Source: Chiloscyllium plagiosum (lineage: Eukaryota). From it: 54,799 nucleotides of DNA. The stretch lies in contig NC_057754.1 in NCBI RefSeq assembly GCF_004010195.1, forward strand, positions 1,317,389-1,372,187. Reading direction: 5' to 3'. This document shows, piece by piece, positions 12,386 to 24,127 of this stretch. A program made the position numbers and the translations under genes. The notes under the pieces are model-generated. The model was not told where the DNA came from. It made no database searches and was given only the letters and a program-made list of their open reading frames with translations. The stretch's first letter is position 1, and every line of letters starts with the position of its first letter.

Positions 12386-12588
12386 AGAGGGAGGAGAGAG
12401 GGGGTGGGGGAAAAAGAGAGAGAGAGAGAGAGAGAGAGACTGACAGAGGGCATAAACTATAAGATCTTCAGACCGAAGAGCATTTTTTTTTAATAAACAA
12501 AGACAGGTCACTGCCCATTAACAAGCATTTACTGAAAGCTTTCCAAAGTAAAACAACAAACAAAATTTAGAAATGCATCCTTACTCAC

Positions 12589-12777
12589 TCTGTTGCCAGG
12601 GTAAGGGTGCACTGGAGGCCATACTGCTGCTGGGTGGTGGTGGTGGCTGCTGTTGCTGCTGCTGCTGGGCCTGCTGTTGTTGCCAGGGTGGGATGGGGCC
12701 ACTGGGTGGGGGTGGAGGCTGGCTGGCTGGAGGTGGGGGTGGTGGCGGCAACATGCCCATTGGGTGGTGCATCATGT
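12589..12777 (-). CDS. SF1: SF1 exon 12 (Pro/Gln-rich)
   Basis: ag|AC...CAGA|gtgagt, 189 nt; MMHHPMGMLPPPPPPPASQPPPPPSGPIPPWQQQ...SSSMASSAPLPWQQ. Confidence 0.93.
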
Positions 12778-12948
12778 CTGTCAACCAGAGACAAAGCGTT
12801 TGGTCAAGTACAGACAAGTAAATTAAAATATTTATTTATACACATACACACACTTTCACAGAAATGCATAAAGTCCAAGCCAATCCAGCTCTCCTAACAT
12901 CTTCCCCAATGCGGCAATATCTTTTAAACAAACAGAAACAACTCTCAC

Positions 12949-13002
12949 CGCTCTTATGTACACATCCATATGCAAGCTCCTGGAGATGCTCCCAGGGCTG
13001 GG
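12949..13002 (-). CDS. SF1: Candidate SF1 cassette exon 11 (54 nt, frame-preserving)
   Basis: ttag|CCCAG...GAGCG|gtgaga, phase 1-1, open as TQPWEHLQELAYGCVHKS; position matches the small exon 11 of mammalian SF1, but the peptide is not recognisably similar. Confidence 0.45.
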
Positions 13003-13263
13003 CTAAGGGGCACAAACAGTGCCTGAAAATGTGCCCACAATATCTTTGCGCGCTCTCTCTCTCTCTCTCTCTCTCTCGTGAGACTTGTAGCATTATGTCA
13101 GACTGCGTTCAGGTTTCCTCCCTGACACCATGAAATCACCCAAGTAACAAAAGCCCCCCACCTCTACAAATACAAGAGTGAGCGACACCAAGCCGCAGCT
13201 CTGTGCCCTAAGCACCTTTCAGACACAGACCAGGAGGCACGTCCGCCCCAGCATTTCACTTAC

Positions 13264-13474
13264 TCATGGGGGGATGCACAGGATGGTGACCCTGGCTCAT
13301 CGGAGGTGGCGGTGGCTGCATCCATGGAGGTGGAGGCCCATTGGGATTGTGGGACAGCGGATGCCCACCCATGCTGGGCATAGGAGGGGGGAAACCCGGG
13401 TGCGGCCCACCATGCATCCCGTGGTAGGGTCTGTTGGCGTCTGAGGGACCAGAGTTCATCCACGGAGGCCTATT
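13264..13474 (-). CDS. SF1: SF1 exon 10
   Basis: cag|AAT...ATGA|gtaagt, 211 nt; NRPPWMNSGPSDANRPYHGMHGG...HNPNGPPPPWMQPPPPPM. Confidence 0.95.
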
Positions 13475-13677
13475 CTGTAAAGAGAGACAGCAGAGTCAAG
13501 ACTTTGCAATGCAGCGACACATTAACCCTGTTTATGGAGGGAGGGGAGGGGGGAAAGCACAGAACGACCGAGGAACACGTCCAAGGGAAGCACAAAACGT
13601 TTCCTGACATCAATGAGGTAATGGATCAAGTTGCGCACCAAGGAGGTGGTCAGTAAACAGAGGAAGCTCACACTCAC

Positions 13678-13852
13678 TGGAAGTTGCTGCTGACTGCTGG
13701 CTGGCCCAGAAGTCCGTGGGACACTCGGCTGTGCGGAGCTCGTATGTGAAGACGATGATGCTGGCACCGGAGCCTCTCCTAGCTCGGCCATCAGCGACAA
13801 ATACTCCTTGTCCATTCGTGCCTTGTCTTGAGCAGACTGTGGGTCTCCTGGC
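13678..13852 (-). CDS. SF1: SF1 exon 9
   Basis: cag|G...CCA|gtgagt, 175 nt; PGDPQSAQDKARMDKEYLSLMAELGEAPVPAS. Confidence 0.96.
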
Positions 13853-14115
13853 CTGTTGGGATAAAGTCCCGTTTGCATGGGATCACACCATGCAGCAGGG
13901 AGACATGAGGATAAATCACAAGCATCGGCAAATAATCCAACTGTTCAGAACCCTCAATGCATGCAAACCTGGCTGTACAGCAGCCCCTCAGACACATGTT
14001 TATGACCATGCTGCGGTTAAATCCAGCCTGCTAAAACAGCAACAATTCTCCACTCAAATCTCTAACCCCGAAACAATCGATCAACAACAGGGCTTCAAAG
14101 CATGAACTTACTGAC

Positions 14116-14223
14116 CTGGAGAATTTGCAGTCAGAAGCAATGTGGCCTGCCCCACCACACTTCGTACACAGCGTTGTGTTGGTGATGCTCCTGGGCTCCG
14201 TGCTCTGCCAAGGTCTCAGTATC
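14116..14223 (-). CDS. SF1: SF1 exon 8 (CCHC zinc knuckle)
   Basis: tag|G...CAG|gtcagt, 108 nt; ILRPWQSTEPRSITNTTLCTKCGGAGHIASDCKFS. Confidence 0.96.
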
Positions 14224-14344
14224 CTACAAAGTGGGGAGGAGAGATAGTCACTTCAAAACCTTGCAGCTTCCCAGAAACTTCCAGCAAACAGACACATCAC
14301 ATGCCACCAATGGACTGGCAGAATGCCTATTCACAAGTGGCCAG

Positions 14345-14895
14345 GCAGTGAAAAGACCACATCTTCTCTACATCTGGGAGACCGAATGTAAACTTAGTGA
14401 ATGGCTCACCGAGCATCGCAGCTGCAGGTGCTGACTGGACCTCCCAGTCACCGCCCATTTCAATTCCCCCAACCGGCCCCTTTCTGACATGACCGCCCTT
14501 GGCCTCCTCCATTGCCAAAACAAACCACAGTGCCCACTGGAGGAACACCACCATATCTTCCACCTGGGCACCCTACAGCCCGGAGGACTCAACACTGAGT
14601 TCTCCAATTTCAACTAACCTCCCTCCTCGTTCCCCAACTCCCTTCCCAGCCCCCTCCCCCTCACTGCCACTGCTCCCAGCCACCAACCAGATCCATTCCT
14701 CCCATTGACCAATCTGTCTTCACCACCCTGCCCCACCACCCCCTTTATCCGCAGCTTCTCCCACACCCACCCCACCAGTCCTGAGGGGTTACACCAGAAA
14801 CATTGACTTTCCCCCCACCTCCTAGTGCTGCCTGGCTTGCTGTGTTCTTCCAGCCTCCTGCCAGTCCAGTTTGGATTCCAGAATCTGCAGGTTTT
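14345..14895 (+). mobile_element. Penelope-like element 3' fragment in SF1 intron 7
   Basis: Decayed GIY-YIG peptide LLYIWETECKL...HHIFHLGTLQPGGLNTEFSNF, then a degenerate hammerhead (agtc-ctgagg..gaaacatt-gact, ~14777-14808). Confidence 0.75.
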
Positions 14896-15257
14896 TTTGT
14901 CTCTATTCACAAATGGAACCGCATAGCTCCCTTGGTCTGTAAGGGATTGTGCCCAGTTGTAAACCAAATGTTACTGACAGAGCACCAGAATATCAACAAT
15001 CGTCTAAACGCACAAATATCCAACATGAAGAAATGAGCAAACCTTAGTGGACCCTGCTTGTGGACTTTTTTCCTTGGAACGTGGATGCCACTAGTAAGGT
15101 TAGGAGTTGACCTCCAGGGCAGTTAAGAGTTGACCACATTATTGTGGGTCTGGGATCATGCCCAGGCCAGATCCCCTCCTTTCCTACAGCCCAGGAGCTA
15201 GAACACTATGACAAGTCTCCTGAACGACCAGCACTCTGTTAGGAGGTGGGAACTCAC

Positions 15258-15373
15258 CTGTTGTCATCTTCCCGGAGAGTGCCGTTGAGGCGGGCCAACT
15301 CTCTCAGCTGCATCTTCCGCAGGTCATTCTGATCCTCCGGGGTTTCAATACCTTGCTTTAGGATACCTCGGAT
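15258..15373 (-). CDS. SF1: SF1 exon 7 (QUA2)
   Basis: tag|ATC...AG|gtgagt, 116 nt; IRGILKQGIETPEDQNDLRKMQLRELARLNGTLREDDN. Confidence 0.97.
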
Positions 15374-16234
15374 CTACAGAGAATAAGCAGCCCCATTAAA
15401 GCCAGATCAGTACATACTCCTCTTTCTTACTGGGTGCCCACCCATCATTACAAAACTAAAACGCCACATTGAAGGGGAACAAGGCTGGATTGGAGCAGGT
15501 ATGTAATCTGCCAAGACTGCAGTCTCTTACAGTAGAAAGGCTCTCGGAAGCCCCGACATGCTCCAAATTGAAGCGAGCTTACTGCTGTGTAAGCTAGTGG
15601 ATTCAGAACAAGATCAGGTTGACGAAACGTATACTGTATACAGCATTGCTAAGACTGCTGAACACATTGAGCCTCCGTCATTGGACAGTAAGATGGATAC
15701 AGTACCATTTGGAAATTTGTGTTCTGAACTAAGTTTCATGTATGATTTGCATTCCTATATTATGATGGGAAGAAAGCAAAGGGTGAAAGAGAAAAAGGGT
15801 TGTTGCTTTGTCCATAACACAGGGAGAGACACAAATTTCCTTTATAGAAAGAAGAACCTACCCAGGTTAGGCAGTGTGCAGGTCCTGTTAAAGAGAATAC
15901 GTCTATGGCAAACATGTTAGCTTAGCGGTCTTTATCAAGAAAGATTGGAAAGCTGGCATCAAACTTTAAAGGCGACAACAATCAGGACACATGAACTCCT
16001 TTGTTGGCGTTTAGCACTAAGGATGTCCCTGAGGAGGCCACAATAGCCATGCATCTGGAGGAATGAATTGAGGGAGGCACTGATTATTACCAAGTGCCCC
16101 ACTGTAGGAACAGAATGAGATGCAAGACAAGGCAGCCTATTGGCACAAACTGGGCTCACGGGACAGAGCTACATTTGCCCGTGGATAGTTTTGACAGAAA
16201 AGAGTCAGGTCTATTTCAGCATGAGCCCTCTAAC

Positions 16235-16418
16235 CTGCTCTACTGCCTTCTTCACATTCTCCATCGTGTTTGCTGTGACCAGAGCGTGCAGTGGCTCATC
16301 TTCCCCTGGCAGCATCTGTCCATCTTTCCGGCCAACCTTGCCCTCCTTCACTGAGCCTTTCCCTCGGATCATGATTTTGGCATTGCATTCTTTCTCGATA
16401 TTCTTCAATGTATTGCCT
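16235..16418 (-). CDS. SF1: SF1 exon 6 (KH domain)
   Basis: cag|A...CAG|gttaga, 184 nt; GNTLKNIEKECNAKIMIRGKGSVKEGK...ENVKKAVEQ. Confidence 0.97.
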
Positions 16419-16784
16419 CTGAAAGGGAGAGGGAGACAGCGTGAGGGACAGGACAGGGTCACAACAAACTCAGAGCAAAAGGACAGGTAGCACCTCATTG
16501 CAAGGTCCCTAGACAAAGCTCTCCAGGATGGGAAACCATCTCAGTGGAAGATTCAGGATGTCACACCAGTGCAATTCACAGCATGTTGCAAAGTGCTTCA
16601 CAATCAATGAACATGATGATTCAGTCCATTATATTTCTGCAATCATACAGCACAAGCAGCACTCTCACCGCACAATGCACGGGTAAATCCACATAGCATG
16701 GTAAAACCAGAGACAATTTCCCACCACCCAAAGGGTTTACTGCCCTCTCAAACTGGAGAGCAGGACCAGAGCCTGCCGCTATAC

Positions 16785-16874
16785 CTGGGTCCAATTAGCA
16801 GGCCGACAAAATTGATCTCTGGGTATTCATCCTGCGGGATCATCACCTTGTCACTCACACGTGTGGCCGGTGGC
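16785..16874 (-). CDS. SF1: SF1 exon 5 (KH domain start)
   Basis: cag|G...AG|gtatag, 90 nt; PPATRVSDKVMIPQDEYPEINFVGLLIGP. Confidence 0.97.
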
Positions 16875-17620
16875 CTGTAGGAAAGGAAGATAAAGTTAAT
16901 GGCTTGTGTGCACAGAGGAACAAGTTGTCAGCCAAGCCATAACAGGCCGTGCAAAGCAGAAGGCCAAGGATGAGCAGCACACCACAACAGAGACAACAAT
17001 TCAATCTCAGCTGCTGCTCAGTTCTCAGGCTCCATTCAGAGAGGGGAAGAGTTCCTGCCACATTACTACACATCCATTCAAGGCTCTTATTTCCAGATAC
17101 TGTCAGCAGTTAGGCACACCAATCCCTTTCATTCGGTTCCACACTAAAAATTATTGGTGCCCCAAAACCATCAAGTTTCACCTTGAACAGTGTTGCTATT
17201 GACCAGTCTTCTATCACTCGTTAACCTGTACATTCTCACACTCAGCGCCTGATCAGGTTACTCAGTTTAACTGTTTTGGCTGCTTCTTCACTCATAACTC
17301 TTGGGGCTGAATCAGCCTCACATTCAAATCAATCATGACCTTACCAAACTGTCAAACTCAAGGGGGCCTGGCTGTATGAAACACACGGTAGTCACCTTAT
17401 TTCCCCCACCCAGTCACATCATATCCACCGAGTAATTAGTGCCTTACACTCTCCTCTCCATACTCATGGCTCAGCTGCCTGCTCGAACCACGAAACTCTT
17501 CACTACCCTCCACCAGCTCAGGGCTCCAACAATCTTCTATCTTTAAACAAGCTTCCTTTAAAGGTTGGCTGCCAGCCACTGGTTGTACTTCCCAATCTCC
17601 CACACACAAGTCTGACTTAC

Positions 17621-17773
17621 TTGTAATCTGCTGGCGGCTTGAAGTCAGGGTTGAGGGCAATCATCTCCTGAATGAGGTTGTGCCTCTCCTCTTCCAGCTT
17701 CTTCCGAGTTCTGAACTCTCGGGTGTTGAGCCTCTTGCCCTCGCTGTTGTAGATTGGCTCAGGTGAGGGGGAC
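17621..17773 (-). CDS. SF1: SF1 exon 4 (SPSP motif, helix hairpin)
   Basis: cag|G...AA|gtaagt, 153 nt; SPSPEPIYNSEGKRLNTREFRTRKKLEEERHNLIQEMIALNPDFKPPADY. Confidence 0.97.
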
Positions 17774-20403
17774 CTGTGCAGGGATTACAAGCCGTCACAA
17801 CCACCTTACTCGTGAGCTGTGCATCTTAGTAACTCTACTGCAGCAAAATGTTTTTAAAAAGCACCTCTCCTACACTTCCCTAAACTTCTCAAACTTATTT
17901 ACCACAGTTCTTAAGCACTTGATATGAGACATTGAAATGAGCAAGTTGTTGTTAGCCTGAGCTGAGAATTGTGCTCCTAAATTGTTGAACTGGTTAACAC
18001 CACTGGCTGTAGACGACAATTACCACTCAAAGTGCTCACGCCCACATCGACATTGTATGGCTGGAGAGGCAGTAAACTACATTAAACTCGAGCTGGTTTT
18101 GATTTGTGCTAAAGGCTGTGAACAGGGAGTTAATGAGACAGATTTAAGAAATAATTGAAAAAAAAAATCAGGTAACATTTGTCATTCTAAAACCAACTTG
18201 AGGTCAGCTGACCACCACCGGGATACCCCTCTTGTTAACTGAGCGGGCTCAAAAATCCCCAGTGGGAGCCCTCTCCGTATCGTTCAGACCCACACAGAAC
18301 GTGCTGGAACTGGGGCTAACATGAATCGAGTTGTGTGAGAATGCGTACCCAGCAGAGCTAACCATACGTCAGTGATGCTTTTATTGCAGTGAGTTTCCCT
18401 TTCCTTTTGACAAAAATAAAGATTGTTGCTTTATGGAAGCTGAGTTGTTTACTAATAAGCAAAAAGCAAATTGAACCTCACCATGACTCCTCAGGCTCTG
18501 CAGTTTGTACCTTCACAGCCCAGATACTAAAACTGTTCAGCAACCTGTCATTGACTCCCTCTATCCCTTGGGTATCCCTGAATTCAAGGCTGATCATTCT
18601 AGATGGTTCAGAGTGGAAAACAACCCTCCCCTGAGATAGAGAGAGAAAAGCAAATTACTCTAACTTCACTGAGAGAAACATGAAGAACTCTAATGAGCTG
18701 CCAGGGAGTCAAATGTAGCAACTCCATGCCAGCAGACAGGTAGCGCAGAGGGTCAGTGCTGCCAAAGTCTTGTGGGTTCACAGAGGAAGACTGACAGCAG
18801 TACATGCTTATCTTATCAAGCTTCGAGATCAGGAGTGCAAACCTAAGGCCTTGGAGGCTGACCCAACTCTATGGATAAGCAGGGATCTGGTCTCTGTTGG
18901 AAGTGCCATTCGGAATATACGGGCGCCTGCTGCTGGTGAGGGGCCCGGAGCTGCCCTATCCCAAGCCAACCTTCCCCCGCCCCCCCCCACCCCATTTTTT
19001 GCTCCACTGGGTGATTTTTGATCTCTGAACACGGACCCAGTCAACAAGAGGTGTGCCAGTGTATATTTTCCTCTCCCTCCCACCCTGTAAGGAACTGAGA
19101 TCTGTTTGACAACTCAGCAATATAGGGTGGGTGCTGTCTTATTCTGTGACGACCTCATAAGGAGGCAAGACAAAAGGTTAGAGGCTTTGATTACATCTCA
19201 AGCTAGCAGATTAGAAATCCACTGGCAACAACATTAAATCTGCACAAAACTCATTTAAAAAATCATATACTAAAACAGAAGAAAAATTAAAAAATATTGC
19301 TACTGGCTGACACATGCTTCAGACTGAGAAGTTAAAAAGGAGTTATTCGAGACACTTAACGGCCTTTTCCAGTTTCTTCAGGTATCGATTGATGGGACGC
19401 AACCTGTTCTCCCGGACTTACTCAACTAGTTTTGCTAGTCCTCTGAGCAGTTTCTGTGCTAAAGAGACATGTTAAGCCTTGCTAGCAGTCCCAGACTGCT
19501 TCGCTTCCCTCTCTCTTTCCTCTTGGATATACAATTAAGTGAAAAAAAAAGTATAAATGGTCAGGAAAAGTACAGCTTCTTTCCAAACCATGCAATACAG
19601 GCTTGGATCCCACGTAGCGCACCTGTAAACCCTGCTATTAGTTTAGACTAAATACAAATTTCAAAAGACTTTTTACAAGAGTTGTCAACAAAAGGGGAAT
19701 TTTGATTAAAAAGGACATGGGTTGGGGGACTGGTTTAGATGTCAATAAAAGTAGGGTTACACATTTCAACCTTGTAAACACAGGCCTCAGCATTTCTAGG
19801 GTTGCAATAAATGGTTTCTGCTTTACCAGCAAAATTTGGCACATTACACATCTGATTAAATTAATTTAGTCTAGCTTTCCTTCAAATCTAGTTGCACCAA
19901 GTTAACCCAAAGACAAACAAAGCAGAATCCAATCAGACCGAGAGTGAAACCTTTGGCGTGCACGTACAGGAATTGCAAACAGACGTGCATACACCGGTGC
20001 AACCCTAAGAACTCGAGGCCTCTTTCTGGATACCTTGCTAGTTAATGAATCATCACCTTTTAGAATCAATAGCTGCTGGTCAAGTACCATCCGTCTCAAG
20101 CTAAAACTCGTGCAGCTTCAGCTAACCAAAACCAAATATGATTTTTTTTTTAAAAATTAAGACACTGAGCTACTAAAATGGTCATCAATACAATTACAAA
20201 ATGGAAAATATTATCAGTCTGCCCTGTGCTAGGAACAGCCAACGGAAAACTACTGGTCCTGCAGCCAGCCATTTCAGACCTACTCCCTATAGAACCCTCC
20301 ACTTTTAATTCACATAACCTCAGGGCTGTCTACATTCAGGTCTTTGTGGAGAGTTGATTTGTGAGAATGCAGCAGATTATCCTACATAAAACAAAGCCGC
20401 ATA

Positions 20404-20469
20404 TACAGAGGAACCTTGACTATCCAAACAGCATGGACGGGAACTTCAGATAATCGAAGTTCCTCTGTA
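20404..20469. mobile_element. Tiny Tigger/pogo-like MITE (TIRs only)
   Basis: TA-CAGAGGAACCTTGACTATCCAAA ... TTCAGATAATCGAAGTTCCTCTG-TA; inverted termini with TA flanks. Confidence 0.7.
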
Positions 20470-20481
20470 CACGAGAAAACA

Positions 20482-21185
20482 TACAGAGGAACCTCGATTA
20501 TCCAAATATCTCAAGTTCCCGATAATCATTGTCTACAATGATTAAAAATGAACCCGGCTTACTGAAATGCGGAGACATCGATTGGAGCCCAGGTACTGTC
20601 TCCAAACGACTGATCGACCGCCTTCTCTCCCCCCACACTTTCTCTGGAGTTCTACACTGGGGTGCACCCTAAACCCTGCTTCCCCAGATAACCTCTCCAA
20701 CGTCGTCCTGTACAGGGCAAAGGTGGAACCTGTCAAAAAGCTGCAGTAAAAAGTTGTGTCTGTGCTATTTTGAGATTCACCCCCCAAAAGGCAACAGTAG
20801 TCTTACTGTTGGTGTCTAGTCCGGCTACCCTTGGGTGGGTGGGGTTCATGGGGATGGAGGGGCGTGGGCTTGCACGCGCTATGCTGCTGCCGAGTCTCCT
20901 TAATGGGGAGTGGACTTAGCAAGTGCTCGGTGTGCGTCAATCCCATTGAACTTATGGGTGGAGGAGCTTCACCAATGCTGCAGGTCCCTTACATACAAGT
21001 GTGTGTCTGTCTGCTCAGAAACAAACCCTGAGGCAGAGAGGGTGCAAGGCAGGTAGTGCGAGGAGAAAGGAAACTTCCGAAAACTCCGAGCCCCAGAGTG
21101 GCATTGAATCAATTAACTGAATAAGCAATTATCTGAACAAAATAGTGCCCACCCATCTCATTTGAATGATTGATGTTCCTCTGTA
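20482..21185. mobile_element. Non-autonomous Tc1/mariner (Tigger-like) DNA transposon, ~700 bp
   Basis: Left TIR TA-CAGAGGAACCTCGATTATCCAAA, right TIR TTTGAATGATTGATGTTCCTCTG-TA. Confidence 0.7.
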
Positions 21186-23145
21186 ATTAACTGTGAAGTG
21201 GCTAACCCACTCAACGGGATTGCCGAGTCTCATCACCAAGCCTTATTTTCTCCCTACGCTTTGGAAGGGACTAGATCGCTGGGGTATCGAACTCCCAGTC
21301 ACCAGTACCTCTCTGACCAACTGACGATTACCATTCAATGTCTGACCCCAAACTGTTGTGTACTGGGAGGTTTTACAAAAGACACTGTATCCCAGCACAA
21401 CCCTCCCACACTGACAAACACCCGGGCTTTTGTCAATGCAAGGAATAGGAGGCACTGACATCAACAAAGCCACATCAATGTTTAATGGAGGCGAGAGAGG
21501 GGAGGTTTCGACTATGGATCAACTGAAGATCCACAGTATGCCTAGTATCAATGTATAACCTGGAAACAAAGGGCATGGGACAGGAGAGGGCAGCTCACAA
21601 GCAATAATCAGATTCTATACCAGGACAAGGGAAGTTTCAAGAGCAAATGCTCCAGAGGATAAGCCACCAGAAAAGAGCTCATGCCTACAGAAACTGGACC
21701 CCAGGGCAGACCAGGCTCAAACTACAGATGCCCAAGAACCCAGCTAAACTGGCATTTTCAACTGAGAGGCTGGGCAGAGACGCAGGACTTTCCTGGCCCA
21801 GTCAATCTGGTGTGTGCCCGGATTGTAGCCATGGATGACACAGTGCCACCACCAACCACCCCAAAAATCTCAGTCTGCCCATGAGAAGTGAAAGCCCGGG
21901 TTGCTCCATGGCAGGGAGGTCACTTACGAAAGGGAATCTGTATTTGACAAGTACCCAACAGAAATATGTATACAGCTCCAGTGAGGAGTGTCTTTGTTGA
22001 CTGGCACGCGCACACAGCCCTTAAGCTGGCCCCTCTTCTGCCACACTAACAGCTAAAAGCAGGAGGGCTGACAGGACCAATGGATTTCCTAAACAATTGG
22101 GAGTATTATTGGCTGTTGGCGAACACTCGAGAAAGGCAGGTCAGAACAAGAAAGCCAACATGTTTTTCTCATCAGTGCAAACAAATAAAAAAATTAAAAT
22201 TTCTGTTACTCATTTAAGAACTTATTTTACAGTTTAACAACTACTCCAGGACAGCTGTGGTCACTTCCTAACAGCACCAAGCGAAAGGGGCAGCAAACCA
22301 AAAGAGGAAAACAATAAATAAAATTTTCACCAATTCAAAAGTTGAACCAAAACCAGCACCGGAAACTGCCCAAACTACAATGGGATTGAAATTGTTGATG
22401 TATTCATTATTAATTGAAAATAAAACCGTTAAGTAAGCAAATGGAGAACAAAATAAATTCTGAATTACATTTGCTGTTTTAAAAAGGCTCTGAGGCAAGT
22501 CACTATTCACCAAGCGCTGATAGAGATCAAGGTGCGTTGCACCCACTGAACACATTTAGAATGAGATATTGGGAGAAAACAGTAATGTTAACGAGGTTGG
22601 CCTGAGATCTGGTTAAGCTGATAGCAGTGAGCGAGAAGGGACAAAGAGGTTATAGTCAGAATCGGAGGGTGGCCTCAAGATGGACGCACACAACACTAGA
22701 GGAGAAAGAGCCAAGTCATAGAGATTCAACTGCAGGAACTCTCCCCCTACATTGCCGATGGTACTGCCTTTTGTTTTGTGGGGAGAAAAAGAGGAGGGTC
22801 CTGCTAGATGGGAAAGGTTGACTGGGCCTTTTTGCTTTGACTCCAGACACCTTGCTACTTTCAGGAAACAGTGGGGTTCTCATTCTGGGGAAGAAAACCC
22901 AGTACAGCTGTTTCCCACCAGGTGATATGTTGGATTAACAAAGCTCACTACCTGGAACAAATCAAAGTGTCACAGCAGTTGCAGGGTAGGTGGTGGGGGA
23001 GGAGGAGGCACTTAGGTTCCATAAAATCGCAAACTTAATGAAGACAAATTAGGTAACTTCCCTGCCTTCATTGGAAACAATGCTTCGAAGAGAGGTCAAG
23101 CCAAATCTGTTCCTGCTTTGGGTGAGAGGGTGGGGAATATCAACT

Positions 23146-23520
23146 GGGGTGACACAGTGGCTCAGTGGTTAGCACTGCTACCTCACAGCACCAGGGACCC
23201 AGGTTGGATTCCCATCTCGGGTGACTGTGTGGAGCTTGCACATTCTCCCCGTGTCTGTGTGGGGTTTCCTTCGGGTGCTCAGGTTTGCTCCCACAGTCCA
23301 AAAATGTGCAGGTTAGGGTGGATTGGCTGTGGGAAATTGTCCCATCGCGTCCAGGGATGTGCAGGTTAGGATGGATTGGCCGTGGGAAATTGCCCATAAT
23401 GTGAGGTGTATTAGTTAGGGGTAAATACAGAGCAGGGGAATGGGTCTGGGTGAGATGCTCTTTGGAGAGTCGGTGTGGGCTTGTTAGGCCAAATGGCCTG
23501 TTACCACACTGTAGGAAATC
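23146..23520 (+). mobile_element. V-SINE (HE1-like) in SF1 intron 3
   Basis: tRNA-like head gtggctcagtggttagcac, central domain with local duplication, CR1-like tail. Confidence 0.9.
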
Positions 23521-24051
23521 TAATCTAAATTACCTAACAAGGAGTTTGGAGCGGATGCAAAAGGGAAATGGGAGAAAACTCAGACTGAAATTGTCGTACA
23601 AGGCAAGAATGAGGAAGGTAGAAAGGTAAAGAAAGACACCAAGGGAGGGAGGAAGGGAGACAGCCAACACATTACATGGCAAAGTGGCCAGCATTAGCTG
23701 CTGTGCGGCTGTCAGATTTCGACTCTCCGGTTACTGTCTTGCCCTGAACTACCCCATTCCTTGAAAGAAATCAACAGAAAACTGAGACCACAGCTGTCCC
23801 TCACCCCCAGTTCATTTTATGTTTTAAGTTTTAAAAGAAAATGATTAAACCTTTAACCTCAAGAGAACAAAATAAATGTAAATGGTGACCATTTCCATTC
23901 CTGTACTGAAAATAGCATTAAGGTAAAAGGATACCATAAACATGAGATTATCCAATTCCAATAACAAACCACATCACACATTTCTTATGCGATGACACCA
24001 AGTATTGAAAAGGAAAATTGTTACTGTCAGCTGGTTTAAAACTTTCCCAAC

Positions 24052-24127
24052 CTGTCCTCAGGGTTTGGGGGGATACCAAGGTCTCCAGTACGCAGTTTGC
24101 GGGTCAGGTCTTCAATCTGAAGTTGCA
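24052..24127 (-). CDS. SF1: SF1 exon 3
   Basis: cag|TG...AG|gttggg, 76 nt; VQLQIEDLTRKLRTGDLGIPPNPED. Confidence 0.97.

Noticed and set aside
11369..12511. 300-370-aa ORFs spanning the first gap
   Set aside because: Their length comes from N bases; only the - strand frame 11630-11487 is real SF1 coding sequence.
19930..20060. Possible intronic C/D-box snoRNA (GTGATGA ... CTGA on the - strand)
   Set aside because: No terminal stem or recognisable rRNA/snRNA guide; the motifs are too short to support a call.
23146..23220. tRNA-like sequence (also at 30508, 36861, 40976, 45133)
   Set aside because: These are SINE heads that continue into SINE body sequence, not tRNA genes.
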